Below, piece after piece: positions 26,682 to 38,093 of a stretch of DNA of 64,000 bases. Source of the DNA: Hypanus sabinus (taxonomy: Eukaryota); NCBI RefSeq assembly GCF_030144855.1, contig NC_082715.1:109430001-109494000 (forward strand). Direction: 5' to 3'. The notes under the pieces were generated by a model. It had not been told where the DNA came from. It ran no database searches and saw only the letters and a list, made by a program, of their open reading frames with translations. Numbering within the stretch: the first letter of the stretch is position 1; each line of letters opens with the position of its first letter. A program made the translations under genes and the position numbers.

Positions 26682-27917
26682 AAAAAAAATAAAATCACAA
26701 AATGCTGGCAGAATTCAGCAGGCCAGACAGCATCTATGGAAGGAGGTAGTGACGACGTTTCGGGCCGAAACCCTTCATCAGGAGTAAAGTAACATGGGAT
26801 GGTTGAGGGGGGAGGAATGAAGTAGAGAGCTGGGAAGTGATAGGCTGGAGGGAAATGGGCTAGAGGGAAGGTGGAGAATTATGGGAAATAAAAGAAAAAG
26901 AAAGGTAGGGCTGGGGGTAGATTATAGTGAGGGGGGGGGGAAGAGAAAGAGAACCAGACTAAAATTATAGATAGGGATAGGGTAGGGGGGGGCAGGGGTA
27001 TCAACAGAGGTCTGTGAGTTGAATGTTCATGCCGGCAGGTAGGAGGCTACCTAGGCAGGAGATAAGGTATTGCTCCATCGACCTGCGTGTGGCCTCATCA
27101 TATCGGAGTGGGAGTGGTCTGTGGAATTGCAGTGTGTGGCCACAGGGAGATCATGCCACTGCTGGAAGACTGAGCACCGGTGTTCGGCAAAACGGTCTCC
27201 CAGTCTGCGGCGGGTCTCCCCAATGTATGAATGGCCACATCGGGAGCACCGGATACAGTATATCACCCCAGTTGACTCGCAGGTGAAGTAGTGCCTCACC
27301 TGAAAGGATTGTCTGGGGCCGAGGATGGTGGTGAGGGAAGAAGTGTGGAGGCAGTGTAGCACTTCTTCCGTTTGCAGGGATAAGTGCCTGGAGGGAGGTC
27401 GGTGGGGAGGGATGAATGGACAAGGGAGTCATGTAGGGAGCGATCCCTGCGGAAAGCTGAGAGTGGGGGAGGGGGGAAGATGTCTCTGGTGGTGGGATCC
27501 TGTAGGAGGTGGCGGAAGTTACGGAGGATTATACGTTGGATCTGCAGGCTGGTAGGGTGATAGGTGAGGACTGGGGGACTCCATCCCTGGTGGGCTGGCG
27601 GGGAGATGGGGTGAGGGCAGTGGTGCGTGAAATACGGGAGATGCGATGGAGGGCAGAGTTGATAGTGGACGAAGGGTAGCCAATATTCTTTAAAAAAGGA
27701 AGACATCTCCTCTGTCCTAGAATGAAAGGCCTCGTCCTGAGAGCAGATGCGGCGGAGGCAGAGGAATTGAGAGAAAGGGATAGCATTTTTGCAGGATGGG
27801 AGGAGGAATAGTCTAGGTAGCTGTGAGAGTCTGTAGGTTTGTAGTAGACATTGGTGGATAGGCTGTCTCCAGAGATAGAAACAGAAAGATCTAGAAAGGG
27901 AGAGAGGTGTCGGAAAT
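26682..27917 (-). mobile_element. 5'-truncated Penelope-like retroelement (RT C-terminus, GIY-YIG endonuclease, 3' non-coding part with hammerhead core)
   Basis: CKNAIPFSQFLCLRRICSQDEAFH (PLE RT C-terminal region); FTCESTGVIYCIRCSRCGHSYIGETRRRLGDRFAEH (GIY-YIG); 10-bp TSD AGTTTAGTTA at 26672-26681 and 27918-27927; frameshifted. Confidence 0.9.
26748..26787 (-). ncRNA. Minimal type-I hammerhead ribozyme motif in the Penelope-like element (stem I degenerate)
   Basis: Minus strand reads CTGATGA-A-GGG-TTTCGG-CCC-GAAA-C-GTC: both conserved core boxes, stem II and a GUC cleavage triplet. Confidence 0.7.
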
Positions 27918-30900
27918 AGTTTAGTTACTAGTTTCACCCAACAGTGGGCCAAAGGGCTAGTTTTGTGTTTACTTAGTTAAATCCTACGCCCATCAATCCC
28001 TGCTGTTTCGTTTGACACACATCTACACTAACAATCAGGAACTCCTACCGCTGATTGCATGGTTTATCCTAGAATCTCCACAGGAAGCCTTCCTGTGCTG
28101 CATCTCTGCCCAATTCTCTCCAGCAGAGAGTCCCACGATTCTATAACTGGGGCTGTTTGGTGCAGCCGGCACCCCCGGAACTTTTGCAGGGCATTGGTGC
28201 TGAGGGGAAGTGGATTTGCAGACAAAGAGCCAAACCATAACAACACTGAGTGGTGGTACAACTCAGAGACACTGACGGCATGGTACACAATGAATGACCA
28301 TGTGATAAATATCCCATTTCCACTGGCTCACCACCACTTCTGGTGCATGACCACTCAGAATGGAGGAGAGGCACCCCAATGGCAGAGACCCTCCAGTCCA
28401 TTTGTCAGCAGCACGTGGAGCAGACGACCATTCGCACTACCCACCTGTCTTGCCAGCTCTTGCCTGTCATCTGTGCTGCATGTAGATCCTATCAGCCATC
28501 TCAAGAGTTGGACAGGGAGCAGTCTGCAGTAGAGGGTAGATCCAGGGGAACCTTCCTGAACTGGGGAAATGGGAAGCTGGTGTACAACTGGAATCAATCC
28601 AATGACACGATACTAGATTCTGCGGCCCAGGTAAAATCCCACAGTTGGTGTGAAGAGGTCCACCCTTTGACTAACAGCTCCAACCTGAGCTTGGGATTAC
28701 TGGCTCAGGTCAGACCTGGCCCTCCGCCCTCCCCCAATCACACATGGTGGTGACTGAGCAGTCCACAGGACAGAGCAGCTCACAAAGGGCATTTACAAGG
28801 ATGTTGCCAGGACTCAAGGGTAATGGAGAGAGGCTGAACAAGTCTGGACCTTTTTTTGCATTGGAGTATAGGAGAATGAGGAGTGATCTTATAGAAATGT
28901 ATAAACAGGAGCCTATATTGGGGGAATGCTTGCTGTTTTTGGCAAATAAAGCACGAGAGGGCTGAGAGGGAGCGAGATTAGGAACAGGAATATGAGGGGC
29001 AACGTTTTCATCCAGAACATGGTCCATATATGGAATGAACTGCCAGAGGGAGTGGTTGAAGCAGTGATATTAACAACATTGGATAGGCATGTGGATAGGA
29101 AAGGAAGGGTTTAGAGAAGTGGGCTGAAATGAGATGGGAACCTTGGTCAGCATAAACCAGCTGAGCTGAAGTTCCTATTTCCGGGCGGTATGATTCAACA
29201 GCACAGGACAGAGCAGTCCATCGGAGGACCAACACGAGACACAAAATGGAAAGAACAACTCCACCCACCACGGACACAGTGGGCTGCTTTTCTTTTTAAA
29301 GATTACTTATTTTTCAGCTGACAACAACCATTAAAGAATTAACCATCGCTGTGTGATAAAACAGCAGTGTACAGTCCCACCTTACAAACACCCCTTCCCC
29401 TGCATATCAAGTTACTTTCATCAGAAGCTCCCAAACATCCCAGGACGTGCTGTGCCCTCCCCTGGTGGTGAGGTACACCCCACCCCTTACACAGGCGGAA
29501 CACCACCAACGTTCCATATCAGGGACTTCCATCTCACAGTCGATGATAGCTCCGTGGGATCACCACAGCCAAGGCCAATGCTCTGTCCTGCAATACAACC
29601 TCCCAAGGTTTGTGGTCAGGAAGCAGATGAATGGTTGAGATGTCTTGTTCCGGGTAAATGCAGTGACATACCAAAACCTACCCCACCAAGCGTTTCACGC
29701 CTGTGGCACCCCAATTCCATCACCAAATAGTGGAAGTAATGAACGCAACTTCCCAGTTGCCTATCGGTCAGGGAGGAGGATATGTGTGAATGAGGTTCAG
29801 TTACATTACAGCACAACAGCAAGACATCTGTACAAGGACACCAGACCTTCAGGACCCTCCTGACATCAATGGGAACTTCTCCAGAGCTCAGATTCTCCTT
29901 ATTAATGTATTGAGTTCAGTGGTATTATACCTCAGTAGGAGACAGGTGCACATGGGAAGCTCAAAGTCTTGAGACAATACCACAATGTCAAGGACTTTGA
30001 GGGGGTAATTATCACAAAAGTGACAACTGTGTACCTCTCAAAGTCCGACCTGCTGATGGGATGTTGGGTGACGATCAGGCCACAACATAGACAGTAGAGG
30101 AAATTTGACTCGAATTAATGTGGGTTAATTATGGTCCCTCTCAGAGTGAGAAGGTGGACAAGAGGAAGGTTGCCGAGTGGAAAGACAAAGAGCCTGTTGT
30201 TCACCAACACAGACCCCAACACCAACTGTGTTCATGGTGCTGGCATTGAGGGGATGAGTGCAGGATGAAATCCACTTCCTGCAGAGGAGGCCAGATGACT
30301 TGAAACTGCCATGGTCCCAAAAGTCTGCACAGGAGTGTGGTTACTAGCAGCGTAGTGAAAAAGGGATGGAGGAGACTTCAACCCATCAACAGTGGTTAGT
30401 GGTGTGGGAGCCCTAGGCAGAGCTAGGGAGGCTCTAGTAATACAAGGAAGGTGGGCGATCCTCCCCACCTCCAACCCCGGGTTTGTGCTCTCAACAGAAC
30501 AGTCCCACACTTGCACCCAGCCTCTGTTGGCCACTGGCACAAAGATTCCGGGCTCCACTCACTCCCGTAACCTTGGGGCTACATAGGGTCACTTTTTGTC
30601 TGCCCTTTCCCCATTCTGACCTTCCCCTCCAGCTCAGCGATGATGCCCGGGGAACTGCTTTACCATTTCTGAGGGTCAACCACCCCAGACCCAGGGCAAC
30701 TGTGTGAACGCAAGGTTCTAGCGGTCACCTGGCCAGTCTAGAGCCTGACCGGTGCCTGTCCCTGGGCTATGCACAGCACAGGAGGGGAAACTACGGGTCT
30801 CAAGCTATGGAGGCACCCTACTGACAGGCTGCTAGCTCCAACCTCCACTTCCAAGGTCATCCAATGAGATGTGGGCAAATCTCATTTCCCCCAGTTCCCC

Positions 30901-31834
30901 CCAAATCTGCTGTGTATCCGCTAGGCTCCGCTGAACAGCCCCAGCTGGGGTATGTGGGTGAGCCAGACATCCAACTCTTCCCTACCTGGTTCTGGGGGAG
31001 GGTCGAACTCTCTATTACCCTGGAACTCTCATTGGGGTACTACTGGAATTCAATCTGCAGTACACAACGCAGGAAGCAGAATATAATTTAACCCTTGTGA
31101 CCCCAGACCTCAAAAGGAGCTGGTCTAACTCTCCATTATTTAGGATGAGCGACTCAGAACAGTGAGAGCATTTATGACTCAGGACCAGAGAATGGTCAAT
31201 AACCCCTGCTTGGCGCTAGGACCAGAGGAGGGGGATGGAGTTTACCCCTCATTAACTGCCCGGGATCCAGTGAAGAGGAGGGAGTAAATCTGTTCTCTGT
31301 TACAAGGCCAAGAGATGGGACAATTTAACCCTGTTAGTGGGACAGAGGGACCCAATTTAACCCTCTAATACCCAGGATTGAGTAGGGTACAGAATTTAAC
31401 TCTTTATTATCCAGGATCAAAGGCACGGGGGGGGGGGGGAATGGGGAGAGGAATGAGTTTAACCCTCCATTACCCAAGATCAAGTGGACGGCAGAACTTA
31501 ACCCTGCCACCCTAGACTAGGAGATGAACCAAACAACTGTTAGTGCGAGCTGGGAAGGGAAGGTATTAATTTTCCCATTATCTAGGCCAAACACCCAGTA
31601 CTGAGCACCTAGTTTAGCTCCGCCCTCAGTGACCAGTCAGTCTTCCTGTGCCCCATCCATGTGATGCCAGTGACCGGAGCAGGCTGGGTTCCACCCCCGC
31701 CCCACAACACTGAGCCCGCCCTCCTGACCTGCAAGACGCCGTGCTGCACTCCACCAGGAATAGTCACGCCTGCACACACACACACTGACAGATAGACACG
31801 GGAACAATAAACCACTACCCTCCGGAATGCCGGC

Positions 31835-32268
31835 TCACTTCCGGCTCCGGAGACGCTTGGTACTGCCCTCAGGCGAGCCGTTCTTGCGTTTGTTCTGCCC
31901 GCTGGGCATCTGTCCACCCCTTGCCCTGGTCGCAATGACCTGCTCCAGCAGCTCCTGCAGGTCCTTAATCTTCTGCTCGCTCTGCTGGTGCTTGAGGGTG
32001 TGCTCGCCCAGCTTACGGTCCAGTTCGGCCAGCCGGGCGTTCTGCTCCCCGATGATCTGGTTCTGCTCCAGGATCTTCTGGTCCTGGTCCTGCAGCTGTT
32101 TGAGCTGTTCCTGCAGCTTGACCCGGATCTCTGACACCTCACGTCGGGTGCTGGTCACGTTCAGCCCTTGGGCTTTCACCTGCTGCTGCAGCTTGCACAG
32201 TTCCTGTCGAGCAGGGTTTTGCTTAGAGAAGAGCTGTACGGCTGTCAGGGCAGTGGATGGTCCGGGAA
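31835..32268 (-). CDS. FBXO28: FBXO28 terminal coding exon 5 (434 nt including TGA)
   Basis: (V)PGPSTALTAVQLFSKQNPARQELCKLQQQVK...QLQDQDQKILEQNQIIGEQNARLAELDRKL...KRLRSRK*. The five exons sum to 1062 nt = 353 aa plus stop. Confidence 0.95.
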
Positions 32269-32549
32269 CTGGGGAACAAACAGGAGGGCACAGTTAGACC
32301 ATCAGCTACTAGGATTATTAATGACCATCTGACCATCAGCTTGGCTGATATTTTCTCCTGTTACCTTTACACTATTACCATTCAAAAGCCTGTCAATTTC
32401 ACCCTTAAATACACCCAATGACGGCCTCCAGAACCATCTGTGGCAACAAGCCCATAGATTCAACACTCTTTGGCTGAAGAAATTCCTTCCCTCTGCTTTA
32501 TTCTGAGGCTGTGTCCTCTGACCCCAGACTCTCCTATTAATGGAAATAT

Positions 32550-32826
32550 TGTGGCGATCCAGTTCCCAGTGCACTCAAACCAGCTCACAAAGTGGCGCGC
32601 GCCGGCATTGAGGCCGGTCTCAAAGAGGGCGCCAAGTCTGCTTCACCAGCAAGGGGAAAAGCCCGCACGCAGGACGGGACTGTGAATATGCAGCATTCCC
32701 GCCCGGAGAGGGCAGGAACAGGAAGGCTTTAAAGCGAGTCCGTGAAGTTTGAATAAACCTCTTTTGTAATTGTAGCTCACCGACTACGCGTTGTTATTTC
32801 AGCGCTGCGTGTAGCACACCGCTACA
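32550..32826 (+). repeat. 5' LTR of Gypsy element (277 bp)
   Basis: Runs TGTGGCG...GCTACA; direct repeat of 36550-36833; contains AATAAA. Confidence 0.95.
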
Positions 32827-32828
32827 AT

Positions 32829-32842
32829 TGGTGACCCCGACG
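32829..32842 (+). other. Primer-binding site complementary to the tRNA-Trp 3' end
   Basis: TGGTGACCCCGACG, 2 nt after the 5' LTR, matches the first 14 nt of the tRNA-Trp PBS (TGGTGACCCCGACGTGAT). Confidence 0.9.
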
Positions 32843-32866
32843 GCCCAAACGATATTTGGACCGGAG

Positions 32867-33527
32867 ATGAACAACGCCACATCTGTTCATGCAGTTTTGT
32901 TAAAACTGCCAAGCTTCTGGATGCTGCGACCTCACGTATGGTTCCAGCAAGCAGAAGCCCAATTCCACATTCGGCAGATAACCTCGGATGCCACATGTTA
33001 CTACTACGTGGTGAGCTCCCTTAACCGGGAGACAGCCTCCCAGGTTGAGGAGTTCATACAGTCGCCCCCAGAGGACAGCAAATACACAGAATTCAAAGAC
33101 CTGCTCATAAGGACTTTCGGACTCTCACAGCACGAGCGGGCTGCCCACTTACTGCACCTGGATGGTTTGGGAGACATGCCGCCGTCGGCTTTGATGAACA
33201 AGATGCTCTCCCTGGTTGGAGATCACAAGCCCTGCCTCATGTTTGAGCAGGCATTCCTGGAGCAGCTGCCCGAGGACATACGCCTGCTGCTGTCCAACGC
33301 GGATTTCAGCGGCCCGGGCAGACATGCTGTGGAAAGCCAAGGAGAGTGAGGTGTCCGTCGCATGGATCACCAGACCAGGCCCAGCCGCAGAGCCCACTAA
33401 CCCCAGAGGCAGGGGTGAGGAGACCAACGAACAATGGTGCTTCTACCACCAGCAGTGGGGCGCAGAAGCCCGCTGCTGTAGCCCACCCTGCAAGTTCCCA
33501 GGAAATGCCAGGGCCAGTCACCGCTGA
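32867..33527 (+). pseudogene. gag of the Gypsy element (frameshifted near 33310)
   Basis: KLPSFW...WFQQAEAQFHIRQIT...YYYVVSSL N-terminus; C-terminal CFYH-QQWGAEARC-C-SPP-C (CX2HX9CX3C) lies in a second frame. Confidence 0.88.
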
Positions 33528-36490
33528 TGGCTATGGCGGCTGGCCATCGGGATAGCCTCCTGTATGTCTGGGACAAGCAGTTGGGACACCGCTTTTTGAC
33601 ACCGGAGCTGAGATCAGCCGCAACAGAGAACTGGGTCCCACCCGGAGGGCCGCGAACAGCAGCACAGTAAGGACCTATGGCACCCGTATGGTGCCGCTGC
33701 AGTTCGGCTCCAGCCGGTTCACGTGGGACTTCACACTGGCCACCGTAGCCCAACCGCTCCTGGGAGTAGATTTTTTGCGAGCTCACAGCCTACTGGTCGA
33801 CCTGCCAAGGAAGAGACTGGTCCACTTCGAGACCTTTCAAACGTTCTCCCTGGGTGAAGCCCAGTTGCCGGCCCCACACCTAGACTCCATCACGCTGTCC
33901 GACAACGACTTCACCAGAGTCCTAGCGGATTTCCCATCGGTTCTGGCAACACAGTTCATGGCAGCCATGCCCAGACACGGCGTACAGCACCACATCCCGA
34001 CACAAGGACCACCCCTCCACGCCCGTGCTCGGCGGCTTCCCCCAGACAAGCTCCGACTGGCGAAGGAGGAGTTCAAGAGGATGGAGGAATTGGGGACCCT
34101 ACGGCGGTCCGACAGCCCATGGGCCTCCCCCTGCACATGGTGCCCAAAGAAACAGGGGGCTGGAGACCATGCGGCGACTACCGCAGACTGAATGAGGCTA
34201 CCACACCGGACCACTACCCTGTGCCGCACATTCAGGACTTTGCAGCAAACCTGCACGGCGCACAGATCTCCTCCAAGGTAGACCCCGTCCGGGGATACCA
34301 TCAAATCCCGATGCATCCGGACGATGTCCCCAAAACGGAACTCGACACCCCGTTCGGCCTTTTCGAATGCCGTTTGGCCTAAAGAATGCCGCACAGACGT
34401 TTCAGCGGTTAATGGACGCGGTGGGATGCGACCTGGACTTCGCTTTCATCTATTTGGACGACATCCTCATAGCCAGCAGCAGTCATCAGGAGCATCTGTC
34501 CCACCTCTGTCAACTCTACGCCCGACTGAGTGAATACGGCCAGACAATCAATCTGGCCAAATGCCAGTTCGGGCCCAACACCATCGACTTCCTGGGCCAC
34601 AGGATTACTAAAGACGGGGCAACCCCTCTGCCCGCCAAGGTAGACGCGGTCCGCCATTTCTCCCAACCCAACACAATCAAAGGCCTTCAGGAATTCGTGG
34701 GGTATGGTGAACTTCTACCACCGCTTCCTCCCTTCAGCAGCCCGAATCATGCGCCCCCTGTTCGCCCTAATGTCAGGTAAGGGCAAGGACATTACTTGGG
34801 ATGAGGAGTCTGCCACCGCTTTCATTAAAACCAAAGAAGCCTTGGCAAACGCCGCGATGCTAGTGCACCCCAGAACGGAAGTCCCTACTGCCCTCACAGT
34901 GGACGCATCTAACATGGCAGTCGGTGGAGTGCTGGAACAACTCATCGAGGGGCGCTGGCAACCCCTGGCATTTTTCAGCAAACACCTACGACCACCCGAG
35001 CTCAATTACAGTGTTTTCGACCGGGAACTGTTGGCACTATTCCTGGCAATCTGGAATTTCAGGTACTTCTTAGAAGGTAGGCCCTTCACCGCATTCACGG
35101 ACCACAAACCTCTTACCTTTGTGTTCACGAAAGCATCCGACCCCCTGGTTGTCCCGCCAGCAGCAACATCTGTCCTACATCTCCGAATACACGACGGATG
35201 TCCGGCATGTCTCGAGAAAGGACAATGTCATGGTGGACGCCCTCTCCCACCCTAACAGCCAAGCCCCGTCCCAGGGGGTAGACTATGAAGCGCTGGCGGA
35301 GGCACAGCAGGCAGACGAGGAGATCCCTAGTTACAGAACCGCAGTCTCCGGTTTGCAGCTCCAGGACCTCCCCGTAGGCCCAGGTGAGAGGACCCTGCTC
35401 TGTGACGTAACCACTGGCCAACCCCATCCCGTCGTCCCGGCAGCGGCGCGTTTTCGACTCCATTCACAACTTAGCGCACCCCTCCATCAGGACAACTGTC
35501 TGGATGGTAGCCAACAGGTTCATTTGGCACGGACTCCACAAGCAGGTCAGTGAATGGGCCAAAACGTGCATGCACTGCCAAACAGCCAAGGTGCAGCGGC
35601 ACACCAAAGCCCTGCCGCAGCAGTTCCACCCCATCCACCAGCGTTTCGACCACATTCATGTGGATATCGTGGGCCCCCTGCCAGTGTCGCGAGGAGCGCG
35701 GCACCTCCTGACTATCGTGGACCGGTTCACAAGATGGCCAGAGGCAGTCTCGCTCACCGACACCACCTCCGAATCCTGCGCCCGAGCATTAATCGCAACC
35801 TGGGTATCTTGCTTTGGTGTACCAGCCCACATTACCTCCGACAGAGGCGCACAGTTCACCTCCAGCCTGAGGTCAGCTATAGCCAGCCTTTTGGGGACAC
35901 AACTGCACCACACAACTGCCTACCACCCACAGTCGAACGGACTAGTGGAGCGTTTCCACCGCCACCTGAAGTCGGCTCTCATGACCCGCCTCAAGGGGCC
36001 TAACTGAGTGGACGAGCTTCCCTGGGTCCTGCTCGGAATCCGCAAAGCACCCAAAGAGGATCTGTACATCTCGTTGGCAGAGTTGGTGTATGGCGCACCC
36101 GATTGTCCCAGGAGAGTTCATACCAGCCCCAAGGGGGCAACAGGAAGAACCTACAGCAGTCCTGGACAGACTACGTGAGAGGCTCGGTAACCTGGCCCCC
36201 ATACCCACTTCACAGCATGGGCAGAACCCGACCTGCGTACCCAAAGACCTGCAAAACTGTAAGTTCGTTTTTGTACGACGGGGCGGACATTGGGCACTGC
36301 TGCAGCGGCCCTACGAGGGGCCGTTTACAGTGATCAAAAACAATGGGTCCACATTTATGCTGGACACTGGGGGGGAAAGAGGTGGTTTTCACAGTGGACC
36401 GACTCAAACCTGCCTATGTGGACTTGGCGCAGCCAGTCGAGATTCAGGCACCGCGGCGCAGAGGCAGACCTCCCAAACAGAGTCTGACCC
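33527..36490 (+). pseudogene. pol (protease, RT, RNase H, integrase) of the Gypsy element, multiply frameshifted
   Basis: DTGAEIS protease remnant near 33598; MPFGLKNA and YLDD (RT); TVDAS and FTDHKPL (RNase H); CMHC, HVDIVGPL, ITSDRG, NGLVERFH and PYEGPF (integrase). Spread over several frames with an internal stop at 36005-36007. Confidence 0.93.
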
Positions 36491-36549
36491 AGACAGAGGA
36501 CATTGGGGGGTGTATCGCCGGTTCTGGGGTGGGGGGGGGGGGGGGGTTA

Positions 36550-36833
36550 TGTGGCGACCCACTTCCCAGCGCACTCGAATCGGCTCACAAAATGGCGCGC
36601 GCTGACATTGAGGCCGGTCCCAAAGAGGGCGCCAAGCCTGCTTCACCAGCAAGGGGAAAAGCCCACACGTGGAATGGGACTGTGAATATGCGCCCCCTAC
36701 AGCATTCCCACCTGGGAAGGGCAGGAACGAAGGCTTTAAAGTGAGGCTGTGAAGCTTGAATAAACCTCTTTTGCAACTGCAGCTCACCGACTACACATCG
36801 TTATTTCAGCACTGCGTGGAGCACACCACTACA
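36550..36833 (+). repeat. 3' LTR of Gypsy element (284 bp)
   Basis: Runs TGTGGCG...ACTACA and is preceded by a poly-G polypurine tract (about 36526-36546). Confidence 0.95.
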
Positions 36834-37796
36834 ATATAATCTCCACATCAATTCTATCCAGGCTTTTCCGTATCCATTTGGTTTCAATGAGATTCTATTC
36901 CTGCCTGTCCCCTCACAGAACCTGGCCATTCTGAACTCCAACTCCATCAGGTCCAGCCCAGAGACAGCAAATGCTCCTCGCATACTGAAACTTTGGGATC
37001 ATTCTCATAAACCCCCTTCGCAGCCCAGAGTGGAGGGTTCAATGAACACAATGCAAGGGATTGCAGACTCTGACGCAGGCACAACCCTCCTCAGCATCGA
37101 GGACATCACTGAGCATTGTCCCCTCCTGGGACATGTTCTCTTCTCATTACTACCATCAACGAGTTTGTACAGGAGCCTGAAGACCGAAATGCAACTTCCT
37201 AACACTCCCTACCCCGCAATCAGAATCTGAATGGCCCATGAACACAACCGTTATTTCACTGTGTACTTTGTAATTGACAGTGACTTTGTGCCTTTGCACT
37301 GTATTACTACTGCAAAGCAAAAAAAATCACACTATCTATGTCAGCGAAAAGCAACTCACCCTGATTCTCTTCTAGACTCTCTGCAAGGTCAGCACATCCC
37401 TCCTTAGGTACAGGATCCAAAACTGCTCACAGACCAAGGTCAAGCCCCACTGCAAAGGAGCTTCCATCCTGGTCTCCAATGCTATCTGGGCAGAGTTTGC
37501 ACGCTCTTCTACACACGTTTCCTCCTGGTGCTCTTGCTTCCTCTCACATCCCAAAGGTTCACTGGCCACTATCTACCTCCTAGTTTCCACCTCACACCCT
37601 ACACCTGATTCAGTACCGGACTCCTCTCCCCCTAAGCCCCAGCCATCTCTCCAGTCACCTTACTTCTTCCAGCCCCCCCCCCCCCACCATCAGTAGACTG
37701 GCAACACTTGCCCCCCTGCCCACTCACACAGATGCACAGCTCTACAGGCATCGGCACCTGTGTTATTGTACACAACCGTATCTCTCATGCCCATAC

Positions 37797-37992
37797 CTGG
37801 TGCCACTCCCAGCAGGCGACCCGACATGTCTGAATTACTCAGTTTCTTCTTCAGGATGGGGACGATTTTTTCATCAAAGTATTCCATAGCCATGGAGGAG
37901 ATGTCGCGCAGTTCCTGCAGAACTTCGTGGGCTCGCTGTGGGGACCGGGTGGAATTCACGTACCTCAGTACCCGGTAAATCTCATCTATCAC
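37797..37992 (-). CDS. FBXO28: FBXO28 coding exon 4 (196 nt)
   Basis: VIDEIYRVLRYVNSTRSPQRAHEVLQELRDISSMAMEYFDEKIVPILKKKLSNSDMSGRLLGVAP+G; acceptor gtgcag, donor gtatgg. Confidence 0.96.
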
Positions 37993-38093
37993 CTGCACAG
38001 ATTGCAACACGACAGGCGTGGGTAACACAGGAAGAGAGCAGCCGGAACACAAACTCCAGCACTGACAGAAAGCCCCAAACACATCATCACAAA

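Larger units (their letters stand above)
32550..36833 (+). mobile_element. Full-length, decayed Ty3/Gypsy LTR retrotransposon (CsRn1/Kabuki/Boudicca-like clade) in FBXO28 intron 4, antisense to the host
   Basis: Two TG...CA LTRs; ATAT TSD at 32546-32549 and 36834-36837; PBS; G-run PPT; gag with CHCC knuckle; PR-RT-RNaseH-IN domain order. Confidence 0.96.
32300..37020 (-). mobile_element. CR1 3' fragment split by the Gypsy insertion (32300-32549 and 36834-37020)
   Basis: RNFFSQRVLNLW...FKGEIDRLL on the minus strand left of the 5' LTR; contiguous CR1 sequence resumes right of the 3' LTR. Confidence 0.7.

Noticed and set aside
28035-28760. Overlapping 130-160 aa ORFs
   Set aside because: No recognisable domain; flanked by LINE fragments and most likely decayed repeat sequence. 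Family not assignable by eye.
31609-32297. Alternative-frame and antisense ORFs over FBXO28 exon 5
   Set aside because: Shadow frames of a CAG/CTG-rich coiled-coil exon.
32828-36744. Endogenous retrovirus or active element (the PBS matches that of avian retroviruses)
   Set aside because: No env, Gypsy-type domains and CHCC gag, multiple frameshifts and diverged LTRs.
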